Assembly: GCF_006345805.1 (NCBI RefSeq)
Contig: NW_021835437.1
Coordinates: forward strand, 9,033 to 73,032
Reading direction: 5' to 3'
DNA length: 64,000 nt
Origin: Octopus sinensis
Lineage: Eukaryota
Every line of letters begins with the position of its first letter. Within the stretch, counting starts at the first letter, position 1. The notes under the pieces are model-generated. The model saw only the letters and a program-made list of their open reading frames with translations. It searched no databases and was not told where the DNA came from. The translations under genes and the position numbers were made by a program. Below are positions 28,600 through 41,615 of this stretch, piece by piece.

Positions 28600-29290
28600 C
28601 TATGCCTTGGCATCGCCATTTAGCAATAATTCTTTCTCATTGTAGAATCATTTCTCAATCTTTTCCACGGAATCGTTCCGTGTGATGTAGTGAGTTGTAC
28701 AGAACTGACATTCTTTCTGTTCCCAGCTGTAATCAGAGTTTATCTGCTATATTGGATAAACGTTTAACTAATTGCCCTTTAAACACAACCACATCTACAC
28801 CTCGTACATCTCTGAGCGATTTGGCAATATATTAAAAAGTTACGGTCTTTGAATCCCAAACCATTAGAGTATTGGTTTCTTAATCTAAACCGGGATGTTT
28901 GGCGCTATGCAATGGCGTCTAGTCTAGTGATTAATATAGCCTTCCATTCTAAATTTGTGTGCCGGATCCTCCGGGATCTTCCATATACAAATTGCTGCAT
29001 ACCTTTCTCAGTATCCCTCTAGGTACTAGAACTTCGATCTTTGAGCCTCTACCAGGAGTCCATCACTGAGGCATCTTTGTGCAGCGGCATTCACTTGCCT
29101 CAAGTTCTGTCGTATATTTGACGCTTTGCGACGAACATATTTGTAAATGAACCTAATGTTAAGTGCTCAGTAATCTATGTGGCTTAACACAATTTTCTGA
29201 GAAGGGCAACATGGTTTCTTCTCTTCGTGTTCTGACTGATCTCAGAATTCAACTATTCAGGCCCTAGCGCACTGATGCCTTCATATTACT
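28600..29290 (-). mobile_element. CR1/L2-group LINE 3' fragment (decayed)
   Basis: Minus-strand ERYAAICIWKI...RRHCIAPNIP...LFNILP.SLRDVRGVDVVVFKGQL. Confidence 0.75.
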
Positions 29291-29823
29291 ACGAATACAA
29301 AGCAACGCAGAGGGTCTTGCACATTCCGATTGCATATGCACAACCTGTCCATAAATTACCTTTAGAATTTGAAAAAAAATCGAAAATAGATGAAAAATAA
29401 GAACTCAGCAGAGTTTACTGAAAAACACAGCCAACCAAATAAGGGTTTTATTGGAATCATCAGAAAACTTGTACCTGGCTGCATTATTTGCAAAGAGAGT
29501 GACTGATGGATCTCAAATTTGACAGATGAAATAAACTGTGAAAGTTATAAAGATAATTTATGAACATGTTGTTTTATATATATATATATTCAGATGAATA
29601 TGGTCCTCTAGGATACACCCTAGGATACACCCTAGTTTCTCTTAGATTTGATAAACTAAATTAAAACTCATCTCCCACCCCACCCCCCACTAGTAAATCT
29701 AAATAACAGAAATTATCAGTGATAAGCAGTGTCTTTTTCGAAAAAATTTCAGTTACAACTGTGATGTTGTTGATATATAGGTGTGCGTGCGTGTGTGTGT
29801 GTGTGTGGTGTGTGTGTGTGTGT

Positions 29824-29857
<34 letters not shown>

Positions 29858-29965
29858 TGTGTGTATGTGTGTGTCTTTGTCTATCTACTTATCCTCTTGA
29901 TGATTTTGGATAAAAAGAACATTATAGAAATGAGTCCTTCGAATTCAACTAAATTCTATATTTTT

Positions 29966-30054
29966 ATGTAGCTGAAGATTGCTTTACATTTTAAATTGAT
30001 GTAATGTTTGTATTGTTCAATTAAATCGAGTAGCATGAAACGATCGTACTGCAT
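29966..30054 (+). ncRNA. Type I hammerhead with long stem II and palindromic stem III
   Basis: ATGTAG-CTGAAGA-T-TGCT...AGCA-T-GAAA-CGATCG-TA-CTGCAT; GUA triplet (predicted cut after 30048). Confidence 0.85.
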
Positions 30055-30171
30055 TACCTCTGGATTTTCTTGTTGCTTATTTTAATTATTATCACCTTAT
30101 TTTAAATTCTATGGATAATACCATACTAAATTCTGGTGCCTCAACATAAGTACCATATATGTATATATATA

Positions 30172-30332
30172 CAATGGGCTTCTTTCAGTTTCTGTCAAAC
30201 AATTCCTTTCACAAGGCTTTCATAGGCCCGATGCTATAGTAGAAGACATGGCAAAGGTGTCGAGCAGAGGAAGTGAACCCAGAACCATGTGGTTGGAAAG
30301 CAAACTTTTACCACACAACTACGCCTGCGACT
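30172..30332 (-). mobile_element. SINE family A, 5' half
   Basis: Homology to the family A head. Confidence 0.8.
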
Positions 30333-30859
30333 ATATGTTTGTGTGAGTGTATGTGTCTTTGTGTGTGTGCGTGTAAGAAAGAGAGTGTGCGCGCGATGGC
30401 CTGCTTGTTTGTGTGTCTCAGGTAAATTCCATAAACTAAAAAAGTGTGCCAGTGCTTGAAAGCATTCGAATTGGAACGGCCACGTGCCGGATCACGCTGA
30501 TCTTGTCCAAGGTTTATGTTAAAAGTACAGCTGAATGTTATACTTTTTAAACTTACTAAACCACTTAAGTCATAAATCTATGAAGACATTTGGTTGGTGA
30601 AACTGAACGATTTTATTATTCACTTATAGAAATCGATATCACATCCATCTATTCACATATTTTAGAAAATGCATGCCTCTGCTGTCTGTATGTGAATTGA
30701 ATGAGTCTGCACGTGTATGCAAGTGTGTGTGTGGAAGGAACTGCCGACAGTGCTGCTGTAATGTTCTGTTTTTACGTACGTAAATGTATGTGGGTGAGTG
30801 TGAGCGTATGTATCTAGAGAAGAAAGTGTGTACTTCTAGTTGTTCAGTGTATTTATATA

Positions 30860-31430
30860 TATATATATATAATATATATATATATATGTGTGTGTGTGGT
30901 GTGTGTGTGTGTGTGTGGGTGTGTAAGAGTATGTGTGTTTGCATATGTGTGTGCGGGGATGCTTGAGTTACTCTAATATTTTTGTGTATTCTGTTTTTGT
31001 ATACATTAACATAATTTCAGTGCATTATGAATATTCATGAGAGCACACGCACAGTAAGCTAGTCAATTCATCTTCATGCTGTCAGTGTAAAGAGGAAACT
31101 TGTATACATAGATTTCTATAAGTGTGTACGTGGGTCTTTGTATACATATATAGATAGACAGAGATTGATAGATAGATAGATAGATAGATGATAGATAGAT
31201 AGATTGATTGATTGATAGATAGCTAGATAGATAGCTAGCTAGATAGATAGATAGATTGATAGATAGATAGATAGATAGATAGATAGAGTAGACTAGATAG
31301 ATAGATAGATAGCAGATATGTATATATATATATAATATATATACACACAAATATATAGGATAGATATGAAATTACATATATGTGTATATATATTATATAT
31401 ATATATAGATATATATATATATATGTGTGT

Positions 31431-31466
<36 letters not shown>

Positions 31467-31701
31467 TATGTGTTTGCCATATGTGTGTGCGGGGATGCTT
31501 TGAGTTACTCTAATTTTTGTGTATTCTGTTTTTGTATACATTAACATAATTTAGTGCATTATGATGATATTCATGAGAGCACACGCACAGTAAGCTAGTC
31601 AATTCATCTTCATGCTGTCAGTGTAAAGAGGAAACTTGTATACATAGATTTCTATAAGTGTGTACGTGGGTCTTTGTATACATATTAGATAGACAGAGAT
31701 T

Positions 31702-31736
<35 letters not shown>

Positions 31737-31930
31737 GATTGATTGATAGATAGCTAGATAGATAGCTAGCTAGATAGATAGATAGATTGATAGATAGATA
31801 GATAGATAGATAGATAGAGTAGACTAGATAGATAGATAGATAGATATGTGTATATATATATAATATATATACACACAAATATATATGGATAGATATGAAA
31901 TTACATATATGTGTATATATATATATATAT
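30860..31930. repeat. ~540 bp direct tandem duplication (2 copies)
   Basis: Unique block gcggggatgct...gtgggtctttgtatacat at ~30953 and ~31489. Confidence 0.92.
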
Positions 31931-33253
31931 ATACGTTTATATACGCGTATGCGTGCATGTGTTGTGTGTGAGCATCTAGTTATGTGTTTGACATATATAT
32001 GTGCGCGTGTTTGCTTGTATAAACATATTTATAAAGAGAGAAAGAGGATGAAAGGGAGACAGACTGATGGTTATATACACATGCATACATTGCACATGTA
32101 TATACTTATGCACACATATGTATGCATGCAATCAATTTAGTTCAGAGAATCCATGTAATATTTTAACTTTACCCATATAAAAAAACAAGTTCTGACGGGT
32201 GGATTATCTGTCACGGTTTCTTCAATGAAATTCCAAATAATTTTTAACTTTCTACCCCGCACCCATTTATCCTTCACTGAAACCATTGACATCTCTCACT
32301 TCCGTTGTCGATTAAGTTATATTTAATGCGTAATACAATAATTTATTTCAGGATTAAATCCTACAGTGACACTTGTAATTGCCAAAAGTATGGAACATGT
32401 TGATATAAATTCTCACTGTTCTGTATGCTGTATAAAGTTAATGACTTTTAGACACCTCTCTAAAACTATCAGCTGATGCCTTTTGTAATGTAAAAAGCAG
32501 CAGCCATTAATATTCTGCAAAGAATTTTATTTTGTTTTTTTTCAGTTAGTGTGAAATCGTGTTGCATGCATCACGCATGCAAGAAAACCTGTTGCTGTAC
32601 GTGTTTGAACTTGAACCTTCAGTCCCTTTGTTTGTAATGTATGTGTTTCAACGTGGTCTTTCAATTGAATATTCATTGGCATTGCGTCAGCCATGGCGAA
32701 GTCTGTGGAGAATAGTTCTATGGACAAAGCTATGATTAATTTGCATATTACTTGCTGCGACTTGAATAATCATGTCTCTGATGAAATGAGCCATAAAGTA
32801 AATTTTACAAATATCGTGAGATGAATTGGTACATGTCCGGGTCTCTGGTTCCATTTTGATGTGTGATATTTGTGTGACCATGTTGAATTTTGAAGGTCAA
32901 AAAATGAACGAGTGGTGGATAGGTTAATGGTATAGCAACGACAAGTTGGTTGGTGTTTTCGGTTCAACACTACACAGTAGAAGATAGAGAAAAAGACAGA
33001 GAAAGAGAGAGAACGTGATGAATGGACAAAGAATATTCCAGTCAAGAGAAGAAATTTTCAGATAATTAAAAACTACAGCTTTCACGTGTTTACAGACACT
33101 TGCACACTTTGCACTACGCGTTTGAGACTCTGATGAAACTGTAAGATGTTGTTCAAACAATCAATTATGCGTTCACAACATCTTATAGTGGAAACAGCTG
33201 TAAGCTAATGAAGTTCATTAGATAATTGTTTATTGATTTGATCTTTTTTTCAT

Positions 33254-33287
<34 letters not shown>

Positions 33288-33413
33288 TCACACATATATA
33301 GTATCTATATATATATATGTATATATATTTGTGTATGTGCCTGTATGTGTGTATATGTAAGCGCACATATACATAACTAAGTATTGTATAAGCATATATA
33401 TATCTATATATAA

Positions 33414-33463
<50 letters not shown>

Positions 33464-33467
<4 letters not shown>

Positions 33468-33830
33468 TGTGTGGTAAGTAGCTTGCTTACAAACTACAAG
33501 GTTCCGGGTTCAATACCACTGCATGGCAACTTGGGCAAGTGTCTTCTACTATAGCCTCGGGTCGACCAAAACCTTGTGAATAGGTTTAGTAGACGGAAAC
33601 CGAAAGAAGTCTGTCATATGTGTGTGTGTGTTTGTCCTCCACTAGCGCTTAACAACCGATGCTGGCGTGTTTACGTTCTCGTAAATTAGTAGTTCGGCAA
33701 AAGAGATCGATGGAATATATACTAGGCTTACAAAGAATAAGTCCCGGGTTCGACTTGTTCAACTAAAACGGCGATGCTCCAGCATGGCCGCAATCAAATG
33801 ACTGAAAGAATTAAAAGAATAAAAGAATAC
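33464..33830 (+). mobile_element. SINE family A, near full length
   Basis: Homology to the 17371 copy. Confidence 0.9.
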
Positions 33831-34222
33831 AGACATATACTAACTACAAATACATGTTTATATAAATCATCATTATTGTCAGGATCTTCAGCGTCATCAA
33901 TGTTTTCATCACCATCGGCATCATCACACGAAAGATCACATTTACAACTGCAGTAACGAAAATATTTAAACTAGATATTCAAAATCGACAGTGGTAATAA
34001 CCGGAAGCACCACACACACACTCACATTACAGATCGCCACACCACAACCCCGCTAAGAACAACTATATCAACAACACTCCCGTCGTTACAACCATTATTA
34101 ATACCAAACACAAAACCCGCCATCATTACCACACCATCGCCATTAATAAAACCCAACGCCACTAATATGACCACGCCATTTTCCACAAACACGGCCACAA
34201 CCACTACAAACATTATCATCAC

Positions 34223-34269
<47 letters not shown>

Positions 34270-34721
34270 CATCATCATCATCGTTATCATCATCATTATC
34301 ATTACGACGACCAAAGACATCACTCCCATCATCGCCATGAATAAAAGTGTCACGCCTTATTCAAATAACAACGTTATACTGACTATGATAATGAGCTCCA
34401 ACCGAACCTCGTCGATTACGCCCACATCACCAGCAGTCAACACAGTGTCAGCATTATTGGCTCGACTTAATTTCTTACGAAATACAATCAGGTAAAAAAA
34501 GCATTTATTGTTTTATGAAAAATGCTGAAGTCAAGCTAACAAGACAAGGACCTATATTGATGTGCGTCCATATGTGTGTGTGTGCGTGGTTGTGTATGGG
34601 TGTGTATGTATATATATGTGTGTCTGTGTGTATAAATATTAATATATATATTATATATATATATACACACATAGATATAACAAATATATACATATACACA
34701 CACACACATACACACACAAAA

Positions 34722-34770
<49 letters not shown>

Positions 34771-35055
34771 TATATATGTATGTGTGCATGTGTAGGCATG
34801 TGTGTATATTGACATAAACGCATGCGTATTGGTGTGTTTGCACTAATATATAAGTGGAAGTCTATATTTACGCTCATATCTGTGTATGCACACAAATATA
34901 TATATATATATATATATATATTTACATGCATATGTATGTATGTAATTTACATACATTTACATCATATGTGTTTATCTATGCACACACACACACACAATAC
35001 ATACGTAAATAATATATATATATATATATGTAATATATATATATGTACATATGTA

Positions 35056-35167
<112 letters not shown>

Positions 35168-35191
35168 CTATATCTATATATTATATATATA

Positions 35192-35231
<40 letters not shown>

Positions 35232-35748
35232 GGAATTGTGTCACAAAGAGAGAAGTGAATGGGTAGTAGAAGAAGCGCTAGGATACATACGCATACATTC
35301 ATACAAACAGGCAATAATACAGGCTCGCAAACATGCAAATACACAGTACGACACACATACCGACAGAGAGTCAGCAGCTCAAAATACAGACAAATAGAAA
35401 TACAGAGATACAGAGAGATAGATAGAAAGAAAAACATAGAATGAGAGAGAAGGAAAGAAAGAGGAAGATGACAGTATGTTGAACGGATATTGATAAACCA
35501 GCATAATCTGATATTAATCAATACTGCATTAAAAAAGAAACGATGTGTTTTTCTTCTTCATCGGAAACTAACAAATAACAGAAAAATATAAACGATGATG
35601 ACAATATCACATTGTTCATCGTAGGATATTAATAATATTGGCATAGGCTTGCCTGATATGTCAATATCCCCCTTGTAGGATATTGCTAGTCGTTGATATG
35701 ATTGGAAATTAACCAAGACACAATAAACACAGGAAGAATATACGTATA

Positions 35749-35781
<33 letters not shown>

Positions 35782-35789
35782 GTGGTGTG

Positions 35790-35826
<37 letters not shown>

Positions 35827-36260
35827 ATTGTGTGTGCGTGTGTTTGCACATGTATTTATCTGCGTATATATGTATATGTATACACACACACATATATATA
35901 TGCTATATATTCCATTATATGCTTATATATATATATTAATATTCGTTTATATGCTTATATACTTAAATGCATTTTCATACTTGTATTGATACATGTGCGT
36001 GTATATCCGTGTATGTATGTTTGTGTGTATGTGCGTGTGTGTGTGCGTGTGTGTATAATTAATATTAAGATTCAATACGAAGTTTGGTACTTCAACAGGC
36101 AGACGCCAGAAAGGGCCAGGCACATTAACCTAAGGTTCACAATGATGCTAGCAAAAACGAGGTTATCAAGTGTTGGTAAAATACTATAGATATGTAACTT
36201 CCAAATCCAAGTAAAATGAAATCCAAGGTAAAACAGTATGGTTCCGAATATGGCGTATGA

Positions 36261-36315
<55 letters not shown>

Positions 36316-36372
36316 ACTCAGAACTAGTGCTTGCATGGGTATGAGTAAGTATTTCACTTATATCTCGCGTAT

Positions 36373-36433
36373 TTGCCGCTGAAGAGGTGGAAATTTCTTA
36401 TTAATTAACCCCGAAATTGGACCAATACGGTAA
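36373..36433 (+). ncRNA. Type I hammerhead in a (TA)n-flanked module (36311-36570)
   Basis: TTGCCG-CTGAAGA-GGTGG...CCCC-GAAA-TTGG a CCAA-TA-CGGTAA; AUA triplet (predicted cut after 36427). Confidence 0.8.
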
Positions 36434-36567
36434 TAACGAATTTAATAGAGATTTCTATCGGTTTGTTTCGAGACGCATAAATTATAATGGTTATTGAAAA
36501 GTTTTGTCTTTTTTCCGGCATATTTGACATTAGGATTTTTCTTTTGCCCTTATCTTGAAAATTATAC

Positions 36568-36598
<31 letters not shown>

Positions 36599-36609
36599 AT
36601 ATATATATA

Positions 36610-36785
36610 GTTAATCCAAACAAGAAAGAACAAAAAACAGAACAACGCGAGGACGTGGAGCAAATATAGTATTATTGGACGCTCAGGAAAGAAAGAACGA
36701 AGGAGGGCTTAACGTTTCGAGCGGAGCTCTTCGTCGGAAAAATAGGAGAAGGAAAGATCCAGAGAAGGGAAAACAGGGAAGACGC
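36610..36785 (-). mobile_element. PLE pseudo-LTR fragment with a minimal hammerhead (36708-36741)
   Basis: Minus strand CCGACGA-A-GAGC tcc GCTC-GAAACGTT (U4>C variant, palindromic ACGT stem III); ends in (TA)n. Confidence 0.7.
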
Positions 36786-37462
36786 GGTATGCATAAATAC
36801 ACACACTAGTACACATGCGCAGACAAGCATGCTTACTTACACTCTTGTGCTTTGAAATGGAAACACCCAGGATTCGACTGATGCAATCCTCCATTTCTAC
36901 TCTGATTTTGATATATATATATGCATAATTCCTTCTTATCAGTCTCATATCACTCTCCATCTCAGCATTTAGATAGATTCTCTGCTGCGAATCAACAGCT
37001 ACGATATTTTGTGCAATTATTGTCTACCAATAATATTTTGAGATACCGACGAAAGAAGATAATTTTTGCACAAATCATCTGAAATAACTTCAAGAAACTC
37101 GCGTATTAAATTCATTCAAAATATCATCCTTTGGTTTTGTGAGTATTCTTATATAGATATATATAGGATTCCATGCGCCCTACAGTTGAGGTTAAAGCTG
37201 AAAGCAGATTACCATCATCCAGTCACCTTCTGGTAAAGTGGTGTGAACACATTTATATTTAGCAGAATTATTGATTATGTTGTGCACCTTGTATTTATTT
37301 TACTTTTATCTATGTGTGTGTGTGTATGTGTGTAAGTGAATGCTCAGGTAAGTCTGTGTTTTTCTGCGTTGTCTGTGCATATCAGTGTTTATGTCCGTGC
37401 GTGAGTGTGTGTGTTTCTATATCTCTATATTTCTATTGTATCTGTGTTTGAGTCTGCGTCTT

Positions 37463-37507
<45 letters not shown>

Positions 37508-38232
37508 ATGAGTGTGTGTGTGTGTATGTATGTATATATATATACACTCATATACACACACACTCACATACACACATATATATATATATCGTTCTTATTC
37601 ACCAGACGAACAGCTAGGATACTCATCGTGGAAACCGACGTTATCTTACGATACGTGTGCAATTGTGTGTGTATTTGTGTGTGTGCGGTTGTGTGTTTGT
37701 TATACTAGTGTGTGTGTGTGTATGCAAGTGAATGGGCAAAAATAGCCCGTTTTTCTAAGGTAAATTGAGAGAACTAATAAGTTCGTATGACGTAGAAAAT
37801 CCCACGTATATGTACTCACGCACCCTCACACACACCCGAATACATCCCAGCATGCACATATGCGTACACTACACACACAGACACACACACACACATGCAC
37901 GCACACATACAGTCTAATCAGACTATCACCATATTTATTTCTAGACACCAAAGATGGAAATGTCTGACAGATAGTTGAAGCGTGGCAACAGAATAATTTG
38001 GGACAGACTTAAGGGAAATGGTGCAACGGGAACAACCGAAGCGAAGAGAGGTCATGGCACTTCCACAGTAAATCAATGGTTGCTTAAAGATTGTATTCTC
38101 GGTTTACTCACAGACGGCGGTAATATTTCATGAAACTTGGAACTTGCCAGAAAATGTTCACTAAGATTAATAGGGTCTCCAGAGTTCGCTTGTCGACCAG
38201 ACTGGTGTTAAATATTTTATGATATATATATG

Positions 38233-38271
<39 letters not shown>

Positions 38272-38839
38272 GAAGAAGAGAAGAAGAAGAAGAAGAAGAA
38301 GAAGACGAAGAAGAAGAAGAAGAAGAAGAAGAAGAAGAATGATATATATATATATATATGAACATATATACTTAAATTCATACAATCTTACATACATACG
38401 TACGCACGTAGGAACATCCATCCATCCATGCATCCATACACACATATACATACATACATACATACATACATACATACATACATACATACATACATACATA
38501 CTTATGTACGTACATAACTATGTGTGTGTGTTTGTGTGTAGAGGAGTGTTGAGATAAGTTTGACTATTATTCATGTCTCCTTTTTTTAGAACCGCTTAAT
38601 GAATTGGTGAACAGTCAACCGCGTTGCTGAGCATAAACTTTAAAGTGGAGGTTGAGATATAGGTTGCTGAGATGGACGACAAGAAGCCATCTGAATATCG
38701 GAACAGTTATTGGGATTATTATGATTCGCGGCTGGAATCGAAACGACAACCTCATGACTGATGTTCACTTCTCTGTGACATGGACAGCTGCAACGGAGAA
38801 GATAAAGCCCTAGCCAGCATGAAATGGCACTTCAAATAA

Positions 38840-39263
38840 CGACCCATTTGATAAGGATACATAAGGCACGTGCATCACAACCATTTGTGCACGACATGAT
38901 AAATTTTTTTTCAGATTGAGTGGCTCATCCATTAAAAAGATCCCTGAATAAGGTTTATTTAAGGATTTACGGATGAACGAAACACCCATGTTTCCAATGA
39001 TGAATTAACCAAACCCCAAAGAATTCCTCTCAACACATGGCTATAATGCTCTCCCACTACTTCTGCTCGTGATCAGAGATGCACATATCGTCAGCCACTA
39101 AGGGACATGGTCAACTGGTTAAGGTCAAACAACTGAGAAGCAAATCTGTGATGTTGAGCAGAATATTTGCTGTAGCCCATGTTTTATACCAAGACAAAAC
39201 AATGTATATGATAACACTTCCAATCATTTAAGATCAGAAGCCATGAAGCCACTACCTGGTACT
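38840..39263 (-). mobile_element. (ATT)n-associated non-coding repeat, truncated and internally deleted copy
   Basis: Homologous to 56916-57466. Confidence 0.85.
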
Positions 39264-39277
39264 ATATTATTATTATA

Positions 39278-40570
39278 TGTTTGACTTTTGCTTTGCATTC
39301 GTACAAGTTGATTCCAAGTTTTACCCAGAGACTTCAAGAGGCAACAAGCTAGAAGTTCAAGTTGGTGTTATGGCTATGGTGTCATACATTTAATTTTGTA
39401 CGTAGTAATGTTCTAGAGAATGTTTAAGAAATCATAAGAAAATCATAAGTCTGTTTTAAAATTTGAGATTACATTAACAGTATTTTACATTAACAGGTAT
39501 TGTTTTAGTCTTGAGGTTCCACATTTTGCCAATCTCTATTTCAAGATCGTTATACTTGCTCAGTTTTTGGTAGGTCTTCACAGATACATTTATGCTGACT
39601 AGGACAGTCATCTGAATGAGGAGGCATTACTTTTGTCTGAAGTCTTTCAATTTTATGCCTGGCCTATTCGCATCTAGCATTCTGTCAGTTTGAACGGGGA
39701 AGATCTAGAGGAGTAAGATGTGATCATTTCCAAGCACCGGAAGTGATTAGTGTTTCCACCAGTTTTTTATCATGGAGCAGGTCCATCCTTTTGCAAATTA
39801 CCCAGTGAATATGCTGTGCAGCTCTACGATGCCTGTTGAGATACTGTGTATAAGCATCTGGAGACAGCATGATCAATGGCTTTATTTTGTTGTTTACACA
39901 GCCGACATCTTGTGCTACAGTCGTTCTTTAATATGTTGGCCAGGTAGCTCCTTGTAGGTACGCATTGATCTTGGGCAGCTATAATAAACCCTTCTGTTTC
40001 TGATTTTAAGCGAGAAGATACTAACCATTGATGGGTAAAGGCTTTGCCAAAATCGGCATTATTCGCTCTCTTTGGGTATTTGCTATTGAGAGGTTTTTCT
40101 TGCCATTTATCAGTAAGAGTATCTAAGGCAGCAGTTTTAGCACGGGTTTTCATACGCTTAGCTTTTTCTGTGCTTGTTTTCAGTACGTCTAATTCTGGGA
40201 TTTCTTGTATTTGGAATTCACTTAGATATTCCTTTGCTTCTTTTGTTACTGAGTATGATGCTTTCTTGTTTTCATTCTTTGAGACAAGTTTTAACATCTA
40301 GTCATCAGTTTTTCAGGTAAGCATTTAGGCCAATTGTGGAAATCTTCATTGGTAATTCCAGTTGTAAAAGTCCACAGCCAGCCTCTTTTCTTGGCAGATA
40401 AAGTCGTTCTATATCTGCCTTAGGGTGGTGCATTCTATCCATTGTCAGCAGTTTTCGTATTTTTCTGTCAAGATTACATATTTCAGTAATTGACCAGTTA
40501 ACGATATTGAAACTGTAAGTCACGACAGGTATGGCTAAAGCATTGATCGCTTCGATCCTGTTTCTCGCAT
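39278..40570 (-). mobile_element. Dong/R4-clade LINE, 5'-truncated (RT C-terminus, CCHC finger, RLE)
   Basis: AINALAIPVVTYSF..W..LDRKIRKLLT..MHHPKADIERLYLPRKEAGCGL; SETEGFIIAAQDQ..TRSY; CRLC..DH..C; NRP..K.SKY.DLEIEI.KMW; (TAA)n at both ends. Confidence 0.88.
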
Positions 40571-41026
40571 TATTATTATTATTATTGTTGTTGTTGTTGT
40601 TGTTGATGTTATTATTATTATTATCATCATCATCATTATCATCATCATAGTTGTTGTCGTTGTCGCCGTCGCCGTCATCATCATCATCATCATGGTATTT
40701 ATATTATCTTTCTTCAGCTTCTACGTCGTCTTCATCTTCTTCCCTTCTTTCCCCTTCCCCTCCTCATCCCTCTCCTCCTCCACCCCCTCCGATCGTCATA
40801 CTTCCTAATCTTCAATTTCTTCTTCTTCTTCATATTCTCTCGAATATTCCTCTTGTGTCGTGCACATGTTAGCCTCTTTCGCCATTGTTGTTTTTGTTGC
40901 TGCTGTTGTTGTTCGTGGTGTTGCAGTTGTTGCTGTAGTAGTAATTGTTGTTGTTGTGTAATCTTTGAATTCTTTCTTCTCCAATGCTGCCAACAATGAC
41001 CAATAAGCATCATTAGAATTCTATAG

Positions 41027-41040
41027 GTTGCTATGGTAAC
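41027..41040. promoter_or_regulatory. RFX X-box motif
   Basis: GTTGCTATGGTAAC closely matches the palindromic X-box GTTGCCATGGCAAC; followed by a CpG-containing stretch. Confidence 0.45.
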
Positions 41041-41328
41041 GGTCCGTCGTACAAGAACAGCTGCCGCTCACTCGACTCTTTGCATCGCAGCAGACGCTTT
41101 CCTTCCTATGTTTCACTCTTTTTCTCTTCTAAGATATTTTGTCTCTCTCTACACGTAGCTCGGTGTAATTGTGTGTGTATGGGAATGTTACTGCGCGCGC
41201 ACGTGTGCGTATGTATGTGTGTATGCATGCATGCATGTATGTATGTGTGTGGGTGCATATATATGTGTGTGTGTGTATGTGTGTGTTTAGGTGTATTGTG
41301 GGTGTGTGTGTGTGTGTGCATGTGTATA

Positions 41329-41382
<54 letters not shown>

Positions 41383-41409
41383 AGATAGAAACAGAGAGAG
41401 AGATCATAT

Positions 41410-41615
41410 TGATTAAGTGTTTCAGTCATTGGAGTGCGGTCATCCTGTAGGATATAGTCGAACCATTCGACAGCATACTTGGTCTGGCACTAATTCCATC
41501 GGTGTTTTTTGCCGAACCACTAGGGATATGACATAGTAGAAGTTATTTACCGAAGGTTCCACGCAATGGGAGTGAACCCGGAACCCTGTAGTTTGGAAGA
41601 AAACGTCTTATCATT
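41410..41615 (-). mobile_element. Degenerate, internally deleted SINE family A
   Basis: tgtttcagtcatt...ttttgccgaacc...gtgaacccggaacc. Confidence 0.6.
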
